Shown: positions 20,024 to 29,257 of the stretch, in pieces
Layout of the letters: every line of letters begins with the position of its first letter
Numbering within the stretch: position 1 is the first letter of the stretch
Assembly (NCBI GenBank): GCA_963706285.1
Contig: CAVPLU010000016.1
Span: 32,001 to 96,000, forward strand
Direction of reading: 5' to 3'
DNA length: 64,000 nucleotides
Origin: Candidatus Bathyarchaeota archaeon
GTDB taxonomy: Archaea > Thermoproteota > Bathyarchaeia > 40CM-2-53-6
Made by a program: the position numbers and the translations under genes
Notes under the pieces: generated by a model
What the model was told of the DNA's origin: nothing
Database searches by the model: none
The model's input: only the letters and a program-made list of their open reading frames with translations

Positions 20024-21538
20024 ACATGAAGTCGGTGACGCTAAGCTTCAGCGTCTGAAGGTTCACTACCGGGAGCAGACCAGGCGTAGGCTTTAGGCCC
20101 ATTCGCTGCTGATATTCCGTCTGATGCTTGCCACGCACCCGAGTTCACAATGAGCGTCCCTCGATACTGCTCGTGACCAAAGACGTGAATATGTCCTGAA
20201 TGAAATACGTCGGGCGGATTCTCAATTATCAAATGATCCTCTGGCATTGGCGCGATAGATGTTCGGTTGCCGTACTCAGGAGCCAAATGTCTGCATCGAA
20301 GCTGAAGCTCCATCGCCCTCTCGGGTTTGTCGAAACTCATTCCAGGAGCGCTTGTCAACATGTCCTCAAGGCTTCGGCCGTGATGTACGAGGAAACGTAC
20401 TCCATGAAGCTCCACTTCGCATGGGTTCCCTAGCGACGTAACGTGTCGTGCCTCATAGACGGGTTCACCATACTCTCTCGAGATCGCGGGTTGGGGGAGC
20501 GCCTGTCTTACGCCGTCGTGATTGCCTGGACTGATAATGACTTCCATGTGTTCTGGTATCTGTTGGATGAATCGAGCAGCATACTTGTACTGCTCGTAGA
20601 TGTCTGGAATGGTTAGCTCGTCCTCTTGGCGAGGATAGACTCCTATTCCATCTACGAGATCTCCAGCGATGATGACGTACTTGGTTCGTTGAGCAACGTA
20701 GACTTGTTGAGGGTTTCCCACTTCGCCGTTAAGCCAACGAATTGCACGTTTGAAAGCGTCTTCCAGGAACTTGTTGCTACCAACATGAATGTCAGATAGG
20801 AGAACCGCGTAGACTTCTTCCTTTGCGCCTCGGGGCCTTCTCTCCGGGATATCTGGAAGCGTGACTCTCTGGGCGACGAGGAGACTCCGGCTGCTCTTCA
20901 CGGCTTCGATGCAGACAACTTGGTCGAGCGGAGCCGTTAGAGCCATCTCGTAGAGTTGACGGTCGCGGTCTGTTGGGACCAGAACCTGTGCCGTGTCTTC
21001 GAAATCGTCCACGCTTAGGAAGAGCTTGTTTCCTCGCTCACGCTTATCCATTATCATCCCAATGAACTTCACATGTGCGCTCTGCTGTGCGTTGAGAGCA
21101 TCGGATATCGTGCCTGCATCTCTGGCGTCGCTTCTTCGTTGAAGGATCTCACGCATCTTCACGAATCGGTCTCGGAAGTGCCGGTTGAAGTCGTCCATTG
21201 ATCCACCGAAGGTCGACATGCTGGAAGGGTCTTTCAACACCTTCAATTCGCTCTGGATCTGAGCCGCAACTGGGGCTCCGGCTCTGACGGGTTCGGAGAT
21301 TCGAATCGTCTCAGCCAGCGGGAGCATGTGATTGAGGACTAGTTCAACAACGGGGCGGTCAATCAGGTGTTGCTTAGGATGCTGCTTCTTTGCCGCCGCG
21401 ATCAATTCTTCAGCCAGTCTTATCTTGGTCGAGGCTGCCGGCCGAAGCCTGAATGAGGTCGAAGGCGTCCGTGCCAAATTGCCATCCTGCAGAGAGCACG
21501 CGCTCAACCACATGCCTGAAGCCTTCGTGGACCTGCAA
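19956..21538 (-). CDS. polB: DNA polymerase D small (proofreading) subunit DP1; two frameshifts (about 21420 and 20125); 3' end uncertain
   Basis: SDIHVGS, AGDLVDG, PGNHD, HGRS, RHLAP, GHIH; the N-terminal segment and the C-terminal QTEYQ..PTPG segment are in other frames. Confidence 0.92.
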
Positions 21539-21681
21539 CCGCGCTGCCTCTTAGCTGATAACTCAGAAGCCCTACTACACCTCTAGATCATGTCAGGGCG
21601 ATCTTAAGCGAAGTGGTGGCCTTCCATGATGGCTTCATTAATCTGGATGCTCGTGGAACGAGTCACTGGTGCTGAAGCCGC

Positions 21682-22656
21682 TTGGATCTCCGTCGACTCC
21701 AAAGAACGTCAGATGGAACATTCTTCGTAACTCTACCCAAACCCTGGGTCGTCAAGAACAGGCTTGAGAAAGGTGCCATTCTAAGTTTCTCGGAGCGGAA
21801 AGACGGGAAGCTGCTTACTGAGCCATATGGCGAGCAGGAACGGAAGATCAGCACGGTCACGTTGGCGCCGAGCCCGATGTTGCGGCGAGAGATCGAGGAG
21901 AATTATCTCCTCGGATACGACGTATTCGAAATAGTCTCACAGCAAGCCATTCACTCAGACACGAGAGAGACGGTGAGAAGGATCGTTCGTAGCTTGGTGG
22001 GTCTTGAGATTGTGGAGGAGGATACGAAGAAGATAGTCATACAATGCCTCATCGAACCATCGCTGCTCTTTCCGGACAAGATCCTGCGAAGGCTCCACTT
22101 GATCACATTGTCGATGCAGAAGGACGCTGTTTCATCGTTTGTTAGCGGCGATTCAAAGTTCGCTCACACCGTGATCGAACGCGACGAAGATGTTGACAGA
22201 CTATACTTCCTTCTCGTGCGAGTTGTCCGAGCGGCTTTGACTGATCCGGCGATCGCTGAGAAACTTGCCACGAGCGCCATAGAGTGCCTCGACCATAGGA
22301 TTCTCGCGAGTCTCGTTGAGAACTTCGCGGACTATGCCACCGATATTGCAGAAAGTACGTGGGCACGGGGAAAAGGTAGAGATATGGAGAGTACGATTCG
22401 AAGCATCGAGAAGGCGGGCGGCATTCTCAACCGCATGCACAAAGACGCGGTTGAAGCCGTGTTTACCAGAAACCTTGCGCTCGCTGAAGAAGCAACAAGC
22501 CTCTACAGGGACGCAGAAACAAGCATCAAGACCGCAGAGCGGGGATTAGTTAACGCAAAGCCGGAAACCATCGATCGGTTGGCAACTGTTGTGTCCGCGC
22601 TGAAAGCGATGTCAGAAATAAATGTCGACATTGCCGATTTGGCAGTCACTCGGTAG
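21682..22656 (+). CDS. phoU: Archaeal phosphate uptake regulator (AbrB + PhoU domains)
   Basis: RRLQ...TFFVTLPKPW AbrB domain; ERDEDVDRLYF PhoU repeat. Confidence 0.85.
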   Translation: MDLRRLQRTSDGTFFVTLPKPWVVKNRLEKGAILSFSERKDGKLLTEPYGEQERKISTVTLAPSPMLRREIEENYLLGYDVFEIVSQQAIHSDTRETVRRIVRSLVGLEIVEEDTKKIVIQCLIEPSLLFPDKILRRLHLITLSMQKDAVSSFVSGDSKFAHTVIERDEDVDRLYFLLVRVVRAALTDPAIAEKLATSAIECLDHRILASLVENFADYATDIAESTWARGKGRDMESTIRSIEKAGGILNRMHKDAVEAVFTRNLALAEEATSLYRDAETSIKTAERGLVNAKPETIDRLATVVSALKAMSEINVDIADLAVTR

Positions 22657-23215
22657 CTCGTCGCCGCGTCTTGCTCGCGTGTCGATATCGTCTAGCATGT
22701 GTTGCGAGGTAGTATAGTGCGGAGATTGTTTTTGCATCCTGGATCTTACCACGCTCGATCGCTCTTAGGGCTTGACGCAAATCGACGGCCTGAATAGCGA
22801 TTGACTCGTCTTCTTCCTGTTTCCCCTTGGCTGGAATGAGTCGTGTCGCAAGGAAGAAGTGAATCTTCTCTGTGCTATAACCCGGTGCCAGATAGCAGGA
22901 GAACAGCTTCCTAATTCGTTTCGCTGCATATCCAGTCTCTTCGACAAGTTCCCTCTTTGCGCACGATAGAGGGCTCTCGCCTGGTTCGAGCGTTCCGGCG
23001 GGGATCTCCATCAGCTGTCTATGCGTAGCCGCCCTGTACTGCTTAACGACTAGGAGCTTGCCGTTGTCTAGGATGGGGATGATTGCAGCGGCTCCTGGGT
23101 GCTCTACGATCTCTCTAGTAGTCTCTCTACCGTTCGCTAGCTTGACTCTGTCAACGTGTAGTCTGAGTACTCTTCCTCTGTAGATGGTTCGGCTGCTGAT
23201 GGTCGATTCGGTCAT
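22646..23215 (-). CDS. NUDIX hydrolase (ADP-ribose pyrophosphatase type)
   Basis: EIPAG.LEPGE...AKRELVEETG Nudix box; QYR; DAKT. Confidence 0.9.
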   Translation of the reverse strand: MTESTISSRTIYRGRVLRLHVDRVKLANGRETTREIVEHPGAAAIIPILDNGKLLVVKQYRAATHRQLMEIPAGTLEPGESPLSCAKRELVEETGYAAKRIRKLFSCYLAPGYSTEKIHFFLATRLIPAKGKQEEDESIAIQAVDLRQALRAIERGKIQDAKTISALYYLATHARRYRHASKTRRRATE

Positions 23216-23354
23216 TATGCTCTTCAGCGTCTCTCATCGAGCACGGATATAGGCCCAGTCCTAAGGAAGGAATTTACACGCTACGCCCCGCAAGAAACAC
23301 TACGATAAGGTACAATAGTACACACGGCGTTGGGCAGAAAGTCCTCCACGGATG

Positions 23355-23717
23355 CTATGCGTGCAGCCACAGAAGGTACGACGCCTGTCCCTTGCAGTGA
23401 GAGCATCTACAGGCAGGGGTTGGAACGAACTCAGCTGGAATCCATGTCTCCAATAGACGGGATTGGGTTTCAAGACCGCAATTTGCGCAGAATACTCCCT
23501 CAAGTGTCCATGCCATCTTTTCTGAACCGCACTCGCATGTTTCTCGTTCGAACTCAAGATCCGCCTTTGATATTCTAACCGCTCGTTTGAGGAACTTCGT
23601 CTTGTAGTATCGTTTCTGTTTCCACATGAGATAGCATTCGTGGGAGCAGACGCGTCGTGGTCTACCGAAACTGTAGGGGATCTCTTTTCCGCAGACGACG
23701 CATGCGTTTTGAGCCAT
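23355..23717 (-). CDS. Small Cys-rich zinc-finger protein
   Basis: CVVC..CSHEC, CECG..CANC, CRCSHC. Confidence 0.5.
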   Translation of the reverse strand: MAQNACVVCGKEIPYSFGRPRRVCSHECYLMWKQKRYYKTKFLKRAVRISKADLEFERETCECGSEKMAWTLEGVFCANCGLETQSRLLETWIPAEFVPTPACRCSHCKGQASYLLWLHA

Positions 23718-24048
23718 GGACGGTTCTCTCGCTTTCTTTGTTCGATTGTATCGGCTAGGATGCCAACTGTTTCTTAAGCATATTCGAGTGCTCGTGTAGG
23801 CTCTAATGGGCGGTTACTTTCAGAATAGATGAACACTTCTCGCTCGTGGGAAGTCGTAGAGTCGCAGCATCTTCAGTGATCTCTACTTTAGGGTCGAGAA
23901 TTCTCACACGAACAAGTACATCTCGTCATATGGTTTGTATGGATAGCTAGCAGGTTCTTTGAAAGATCCTCACGCGGGCTCGGGTGAGAGCGTCAGTGGA
24001 GTGATGGTAGGGAACGACATTTATGCGTGGCAAGCATCCGGTCGTGGT

Positions 24049-24188
24049 GCCCGGGTTGCCGAGCCAGGTACGGCGACAGAGCCTATGCGTTTCGGTGCGC
24101 TGGGCGTTGAACCTCGAGATCGCAATAAATCGGACCAAGTAAGCTGTTGGTCCTCTGGGCCGCGTGGGTTCAAATCCCACCCCGGGCG
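24049..24188 (+). tRNA. tRNA-Ser(CGA) with two introns (24080-24111 at 30/31; 24119-24141 at 37/38)
   Basis: GCCCGGG/CCCGGGC acceptor stem, G73, long variable arm, GTGGG-TTCAAAT-CCCAC T arm; after splicing ACAGC-CTCGAGA-GCTGT; BHB motifs at both junctions. Confidence 0.88.
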
Positions 24189-24257
24189 CCTAATCAAGCC
24201 CAGTGCAGACGATCACAAAATCTCCAATCGCGACTAGAGTAGCTTGGGTCGCTGATG

Positions 24258-24512
24258 CTACGCGAAAAGCACCTTTCGCAGGGCGTCTTCGAGCGTATTC
24301 GGATTGGAAAGCGCGGCTCCTGCTAACCGGATTTTTCCGTCAACCTCAACGACCGGAATGATGTTCTTGTATCTTTCAAAGAGCTGCGAATCCGTTGTGA
24401 TGTCTTTGATTGAAATCTCGAAGGATTGCTCATCTCTGAGTTTCAGTAGCTCAGTTAGTACGCGCTCACAGAGATGGCATCCATCCTTTGTGTACAAAAC
24501 CACTTTATGCAA
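24258..24512 (-). CDS. Glutaredoxin-like protein (DUF836)
   Basis: LYTKDGCHLCE, IPVV. Confidence 0.85.
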   Translation of the reverse strand: MHKVVLYTKDGCHLCERVLTELLKLRDEQSFEISIKDITTDSQLFERYKNIIPVVEVDGKIRLAGAALSNPNTLEDALRKVLFA

Positions 24513-24815
24513 ACGGGCTCACTTCGCTGCTATCAACCGTCGCTCTAATCCCATTGCGACATTGATCAATTTGACTGCACGCGTGTTTCACGTGAGCGAG
24601 CAGCATAACGAATTGTCCATTAGAATCCTGATCCCTAGAAGAGAGACCGACCACTTTCTCATACGAGAGTGGACTCGGACACCACACAATTGCTCGTATC
24701 ACGGAAACTCGGAGTCGAGAATTCTTTGACTGATCTTGTCACATAATAAGCGCCTGTTGGAGAAGAGAAAAATGAGCTAAGGTTTATTCTCAGCTAGTTC
24801 GATGGAGATGATTCC

Positions 24816-25433
24816 ATGTTCAAATTGTTGATCCTAGACATGGAGCCATTGATTTTCAATGCAGAGTATCTGCCGCTTTTGGCTAAGGAGGTCGGATTGG
24901 AAGAAAAGGTTGCCAAAATAACGAGCGATGGGTTAAGTGGAAGGATAGAGTGGAAAGTAGGACTGATTGAAAGAATCAAATTGCTAAAAGGGATTCCGCT
25001 AGATGTTGTCAAAAGAGTTGCGGATGAAATAGATTATACTGAAGGAATCCAGGATGTTTTTAGATTTGCAAAAGAAAAAGGAATAATCACGGCAGTAATA
25101 ACTGGAGGTTTCAGGATTCAGGCCAGAAGAATAGAAGACGAGCAGGGAGCCGACTATATTCTTGCGAACGACCTGATCTTTAAAGAAAACAAACTTCACG
25201 ACGTTAAGGTTCACGTTCACGCGAATAAGAATAGTCATGTAAACTTCCTCAAAGCACTTCTTGGAATTGACTCTCAAGACATTATAGCAGTCGGAGAAGG
25301 CATGAACGATCTCACCATGCTCAAGAACAATTTCGGAGTAGGCTACAATCCAACTAATGAGAGGGTCAGAAAAGCATGCAAAGTGATCATTGAAAAACCA
25401 ATAGAATTGATCCATATCCTTGAAGCATCTTGA
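24816..25433 (+). CDS. HAD-superfamily hydrolase, phosphoserine phosphatase-like
   Basis: SerB-like cap (IT..G....ERIKLLKG), TGGF, K, GEGMND; visibly AT-rich. Confidence 0.75.
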   Translation: MFKLLILDMEPLIFNAEYLPLLAKEVGLEEKVAKITSDGLSGRIEWKVGLIERIKLLKGIPLDVVKRVADEIDYTEGIQDVFRFAKEKGIITAVITGGFRIQARRIEDEQGADYILANDLIFKENKLHDVKVHVHANKNSHVNFLKALLGIDSQDIIAVGEGMNDLTMLKNNFGVGYNPTNERVRKACKVIIEKPIELIHILEAS

Positions 25434-25515
25434 AAATTCCACGTTCAAATTCGACTCTACGCACCATGAGATCCACACAAGAGAATCCGAATGCATGACG
25501 TTTGGCTGTTAGGCG

Positions 25516-25944
25516 CTATTTCTTTCGCTTCTTCTTAGGGGCGGGAGTTCTCTTTTTCGTTATGTGGTAGATGTCGAGCCAGATTCCGTCGATGACTTTG
25601 AAGAATGCGACTTTCCATTCGCCATCTTCAATTGGTCCAATCATGGGAGGATATCCAGCATCTTTTAGTCGTTGCACGGCTCCGTCGAAATCATCAACCT
25701 CGAATCCTAAGTGATCCAGCTCGTCACCTTCTTTGAAGGGGCCTGCGACTGGGCTGTCATCTGCGTACCAGTTGATCTCTAGCCAATGCTTCTCGTCGAG
25801 TGACAAGAGGTTTGCGAACTCCCCTTTGTTCGAAGGAGCCTTGATACGACCTTGCACCTTCATTCCGAGGACATTCGTGAAGAATTGAATTGCGTTATCG
25901 AGATCTCGGACACGTATCCCCGTGTAACCGAACTTGAATCTCAT
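25516..25944 (-). CDS. VOC family protein
   Basis: YTGIRVRDL, LEIN, LDHLGFEVDD. Confidence 0.8.
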   Translation of the reverse strand: MRFKFGYTGIRVRDLDNAIQFFTNVLGMKVQGRIKAPSNKGEFANLLSLDEKHWLEINWYADDSPVAGPFKEGDELDHLGFEVDDFDGAVQRLKDAGYPPMIGPIEDGEWKVAFFKVIDGIWLDIYHITKKRTPAPKKKRKK

Positions 25945-26004
25945 GATAGGCAAGAGTGCTCGTTTCGGTATTAAGACTGTACCAAGGACCGATGCCATAC
26001 CAGT

Positions 26005-26105
26005 GTGTGTGGTAGTAATGGTGCGAGCGCCCAAATTTTGGCCGTCGTCGTTTGAGGTTTTTGTGTGTGGATCTATTGGTGCGGGCGCCGTAATTTGAAC
26101 CGTCG
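26005..26105 (-). repeat. Two imperfect 43-bp direct repeats resembling tRNA 3' ends
   Basis: 33/43 identity, period 58; minus strand of copy 2 reads GGTTCAAATTACGGCGCCCGCACCA. Confidence 0.55.
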
Positions 26106-26459
26106 ATTGGCGTCGTAGTTTGACTGTGTGTGCGCACCAAGATGCCTGTATACACACAAGAATCAATGGTTTGAACCGTGACGGACGACGGGTTAGGGAA
26201 AGAATCCTCCTACTGATTCCTCATTTGATGACTGACTCAAAGGGGTCGATCATAATCACTATGAAGAGTCCGATGAAGCTTGTGTGATTCCGGCAAGACG
26301 AAGAAACCAAGAACCACATGGAGTGCATGAGAGAGCCCGACGAAACGCGCAATGACAGAAGTTAATCGAAATAATTGTGGAAGTCATTAGCGATTCCAGA
26401 AAATGTATTTGAAAAATGGGGGTAACTGGGAGCGTATGTCTCCCAGGTTACTTACGATT

Positions 26460-26984
26460 TTATGCCTTAACGTTAGGCTCGTACGCGAATAGTGTCTCGC
26501 TTCTCCAGATCCCATCAGTATGACCTATTTGTTCGACCGTAGATTTCATGAGGTCCTCATAGTTCCTTGCCTTGGAACTCATGATGATGTCGAACTGACC
26601 TGGAATACTCCACGCGTCGTATATGGCGGGTAGCTTCTTCAGCTTCTGTATAACTTCCGGTAATGGCTTATTCACTGATAGGAGACTGAATCCCCAAACG
26701 CCCTCCGCGTCAAGTTTCTGACCGTTAACGAATCCATCATTTGCAGTGAAAGTATTGGTGCTGTTTACTCCGTGGATACTACGTATCTTGTTAACTATAC
26801 TGTAGACTTGCTCTGGAGTACTGTTCTTGATTCGCATAATGATATCGTATCGACCGGTCACTGGTGCGCTGAACTCTATATCGCTGTACTTGCGTAGCTC
26901 CTCAACCACATGTGGCAACCGGTCATGCTGGACCTTTGCGAACACGTAAGTCGGGAACATTTTGTTTGCTTGCATTATTTTCAC
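26460..26984 (-). CDS. Tandem Lrp/AsnC ligand-binding (RAM) domain protein without HTH
   Basis: Two repeats: VTGRYDII..I.GV..T.T and IPGQFDII..GI..SET. Confidence 0.75.
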   Translation of the reverse strand: MKIMQANKMFPTYVFAKVQHDRLPHVVEELRKYSDIEFSAPVTGRYDIIMRIKNSTPEQVYSIVNKIRSIHGVNSTNTFTANDGFVNGQKLDAEGVWGFSLLSVNKPLPEVIQKLKKLPAIYDAWSIPGQFDIIMSSKARNYEDLMKSTVEQIGHTDGIWRSETLFAYEPNVKA

Positions 26985-27081
26985 CTACTAACTCCAAGTA
27001 TTGTTAAGCCTAAGTATAGCTGTATCATGCATATAACAGTTGTTACCAGAAGATATATCTGTAACATTCACCAATTCAGGC

Positions 27082-27774
27082 ATGAATGAACCCATGAAAA
27101 CGGTAAGAAGGCGAACGATATCCGGAGTCGTAGTGGATCTGTTAACGCGAAACCACCCCGTTTACCAGCACATTCGGATGGGACTCATCAACTATCACGC
27201 CTTAGCCGCAAGAATCAAGCCTACCGTGGACCGGATTACTGGCAGGGACGTGAACGTTAACACGATAGTTGTAATTATCAAGAGGTTTTCGGATGCACAA
27301 TCCAAACTTGGGCTACCACTCACCATGTCCATACTTAGAAATTCAAAAATGAGTTTGAGTAGTGGAGTGGTTGACGTGACAATTACTCCTAAGAGAGAAG
27401 CTTTCATTGGCGAATTGAGGAGGCTCGTGGAACTATCTACTGAAATGGACGAACGCCCACATATCTTCCCCCTCGTCAACTCAATCAAGATCATTGCCGA
27501 CGTAAACGACTATGGAAAACTGAAAACGGCACTGAAAGGCCGATACTCCCTAAAGCCTCGAATGAATACGGTGAAAATTATGATACATCTATCCGAGGAT
27601 GCTGAGAGGCCTCCTGGAATCGCCGCGTACATTACTGACCTGCTCTACCGCAACGGAATAAACATCATAGACGCATTCCTAGGATACGAAGACATCATCC
27701 TCATACTCGATGAGTCAGATGGATCACGAGCATACACAATATTGGAAGAGGAGACCAGCGAAGCTCGCAAGTGA
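27082..27774 (+). CDS. Archaeal HTH + ACT domain protein
   Basis: GLINYHALA..I N-terminus; C-terminal PGIAAYITDLL..GINI ACT motif. Confidence 0.7.
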   Translation: MNEPMKTVRRRTISGVVVDLLTRNHPVYQHIRMGLINYHALAARIKPTVDRITGRDVNVNTIVVIIKRFSDAQSKLGLPLTMSILRNSKMSLSSGVVDVTITPKREAFIGELRRLVELSTEMDERPHIFPLVNSIKIIADVNDYGKLKTALKGRYSLKPRMNTVKIMIHLSEDAERPPGIAAYITDLLYRNGINIIDAFLGYEDIILILDESDGSRAYTILEEETSEARK

Positions 27775-28128
27775 GCCTGCCAATGCACTATTCGAGGGAT
27801 GCGGCTACAACTCTTTAACGCGTGGGTCAGCTGGTGCGCGACGACGAAAAACGTCCCTCCCATGCGAGGTTCAATTCTGGGTGCTCCACACTAGTGACCA
27901 CGACGACGGGTCAGATCCAGTAGTTTTGTGCGTGCGCACCAAGAGGCTCTCATGAGTGAGGAGCGAGACAGAGCACGAATCCTATCTCCAAATGCTTTGC
28001 GGCAGCCATAGACGGATACGTTCCAGTACGCAACCAGCTTGTGTTTGCAGCGCTTGCAGTTGAATGAGAAAAAGGAGGTCGAGCATGTGTTGTGCTCGAC
28101 CTAGGTCGGTTTAGTTTCGACGCTCTAA

Positions 28129-28296
28129 TTACCAATAGTTCGGATATCCGTACGAACCGTAGGTGTATGGATAACTATACGAACCATAGCTGTAACCGTA
28201 CGTTGGGTTGTCGCATGATGGATAACCGTACGACGTAGGGAACAGATAGTCCGATAAGTGATTGTAGTAAGTACCTCCAATAGTTACATGACCCAT
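28129..28296 (-). CDS. 55-aa Tyr/Gly/Ser-rich low-complexity peptide (absent from the ORF track)
   Basis: MGHVTIGGTYYNHLSDYLFPTSYGYPSCDNPTYGYSYGSYSYPYTYGSYGYPNYW; preceded by GGAGGTG ribosome-binding site. Confidence 0.7.
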   Translation of the reverse strand: MGHVTIGGTYYNHLSDYLFPTSYGYPSCDNPTYGYSYGSYSYPYTYGSYGYPNYW

Positions 28297-28317
28297 TTTT
28301 CTTTCCACCTCCCCTTC

Positions 28318-28482
28318 TTACATCCGATCTCCAGGCTTCGACCAAGCCTTACCTAGCCAGTCATTGACAGCTTCCTCGATCGCGCAGCTGAGGTCTCCTT
28401 TCTTCCCTCCGAGCCTCTTCACAATTGTCAATCGCAGTCGGTGCTCAACATTGTCCGAGAGCACTACGTAGATTCTTCCCAA
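28318..28482 (-). CDS. Ribbon-helix-helix protein (absent from the ORF track)
   Basis: MGRIYVVLSDNVEHRLRLTIVKRLGGKKGDLSCAIEEAVNDWL; paralog of the next gene. Confidence 0.8.
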   Translation of the reverse strand: MGRIYVVLSDNVEHRLRLTIVKRLGGKKGDLSCAIEEAVNDWLGKAWSKPGDRM

Positions 28483-28575
28483 AGATTATCTGGCCGAACC
28501 CTATATGCGCAAAGCGCGCTATAAGCTTATCTATTTAACGTTATACAGATATAACTGCATGACTGCGACTGAATT

Positions 28576-28872
28576 TCAGTACGTCTTGGGGGCAGATTTA
28601 GAATGCGTGTACACATCGGTCTTTTTGGGATCATGCTCATTGTTCTCGTTGGATCGTTTCGAAGCACGGGGTCTCTCTGGACCTCTTTCATGCAGCTGGC
28701 CGCGCACCCATTTGGTAATGTCGGCTTCTGTCGCATGTTTGTCCAGCCATTCTTTGATAGCCACCTCGATGGCACTGCTTAGATCGCCCTTCTTTCCGCC
28801 GAAAATTGTGACAACGGCCAGTCGGAGTCTGCGTTCCGTTTCGTCAGAAAGAACTATGTACATCTTACCCAA
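28576..28872 (-). CDS. Ribbon-helix-helix protein with C-terminal extension
   Basis: GKMYIVLSDETERRLRLAVVTIFGGKKGDLSSAIEVAIKEWL. Confidence 0.75.
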   Translation of the reverse strand: MGKMYIVLSDETERRLRLAVVTIFGGKKGDLSSAIEVAIKEWLDKHATEADITKWVRGQLHERGPERPRASKRSNENNEHDPKKTDVYTHSKSAPKTY

Positions 28873-28904
28873 AATCAACATTCCCCTGACGGACGCCATA
28901 TTCA

Positions 28905-28943
28905 GCTTATCGATATAAGCTTATAACTTATAACCTTATAAGC
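28905..28943. promoter_or_regulatory. Palindromic operator/promoter cluster
   Basis: TATAAGCTTATA palindrome and three CTTATAA copies; ATAAGCTTAT also at 28521-28530. Confidence 0.45.
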
Positions 28944-28981
28944 GGCACAGTTCAACTATTTTAGGTCCTGAGTTAATTGAT

Positions 28982-29242
28982 ATGAGCAAGATCTATTCTA
29001 TGATAGCACCTTTACTTGGCGTAAGTTTGTTTCGAATTCTTAACGAATTAGGTGTGAATCAGACTGCAGGTTCTATGGTTAATTCAGCCTATACGTGGCT
29101 GGTGACCCTGAATCCGATCCTACTGATAATCCTGGGCATAATCGTATTCGTCGCTGGGAGGCTAGCGAAATGGATCGGCATCATAATGGTCATCGTCGGC
29201 GTCATCTTCCTAGTCCTACCGTACATACTAGGCGTCATCTAG
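28982..29242 (+). CDS. Small membrane protein
   Basis: Two to three hydrophobic helices. Confidence 0.55.
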   Translation: MSKIYSMIAPLLGVSLFRILNELGVNQTAGSMVNSAYTWLVTLNPILLIILGIIVFVAGRLAKWIGIIMVIVGVIFLVLPYILGVI

Positions 29243-29257
29243 CCGAGGCCGTGTAAC

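Noticed and set aside
20041-21513. Programmed frameshifting in DP1
   Set aside because: No slippery heptamer is evident and similar indels are scattered across the window
24130-24147. tRNA-Leu reading using CAA or TAA
   Set aside because: G73 discriminator and BHB geometry support Ser(CGA)
26210-26350. Hammerhead ribozyme or C/D-box sRNA (TGATGA, CTGA, GACGAAAC)
   Set aside because: No intact CUGAUGA core with supporting stems, and the box spacing does not fit a guide RNA
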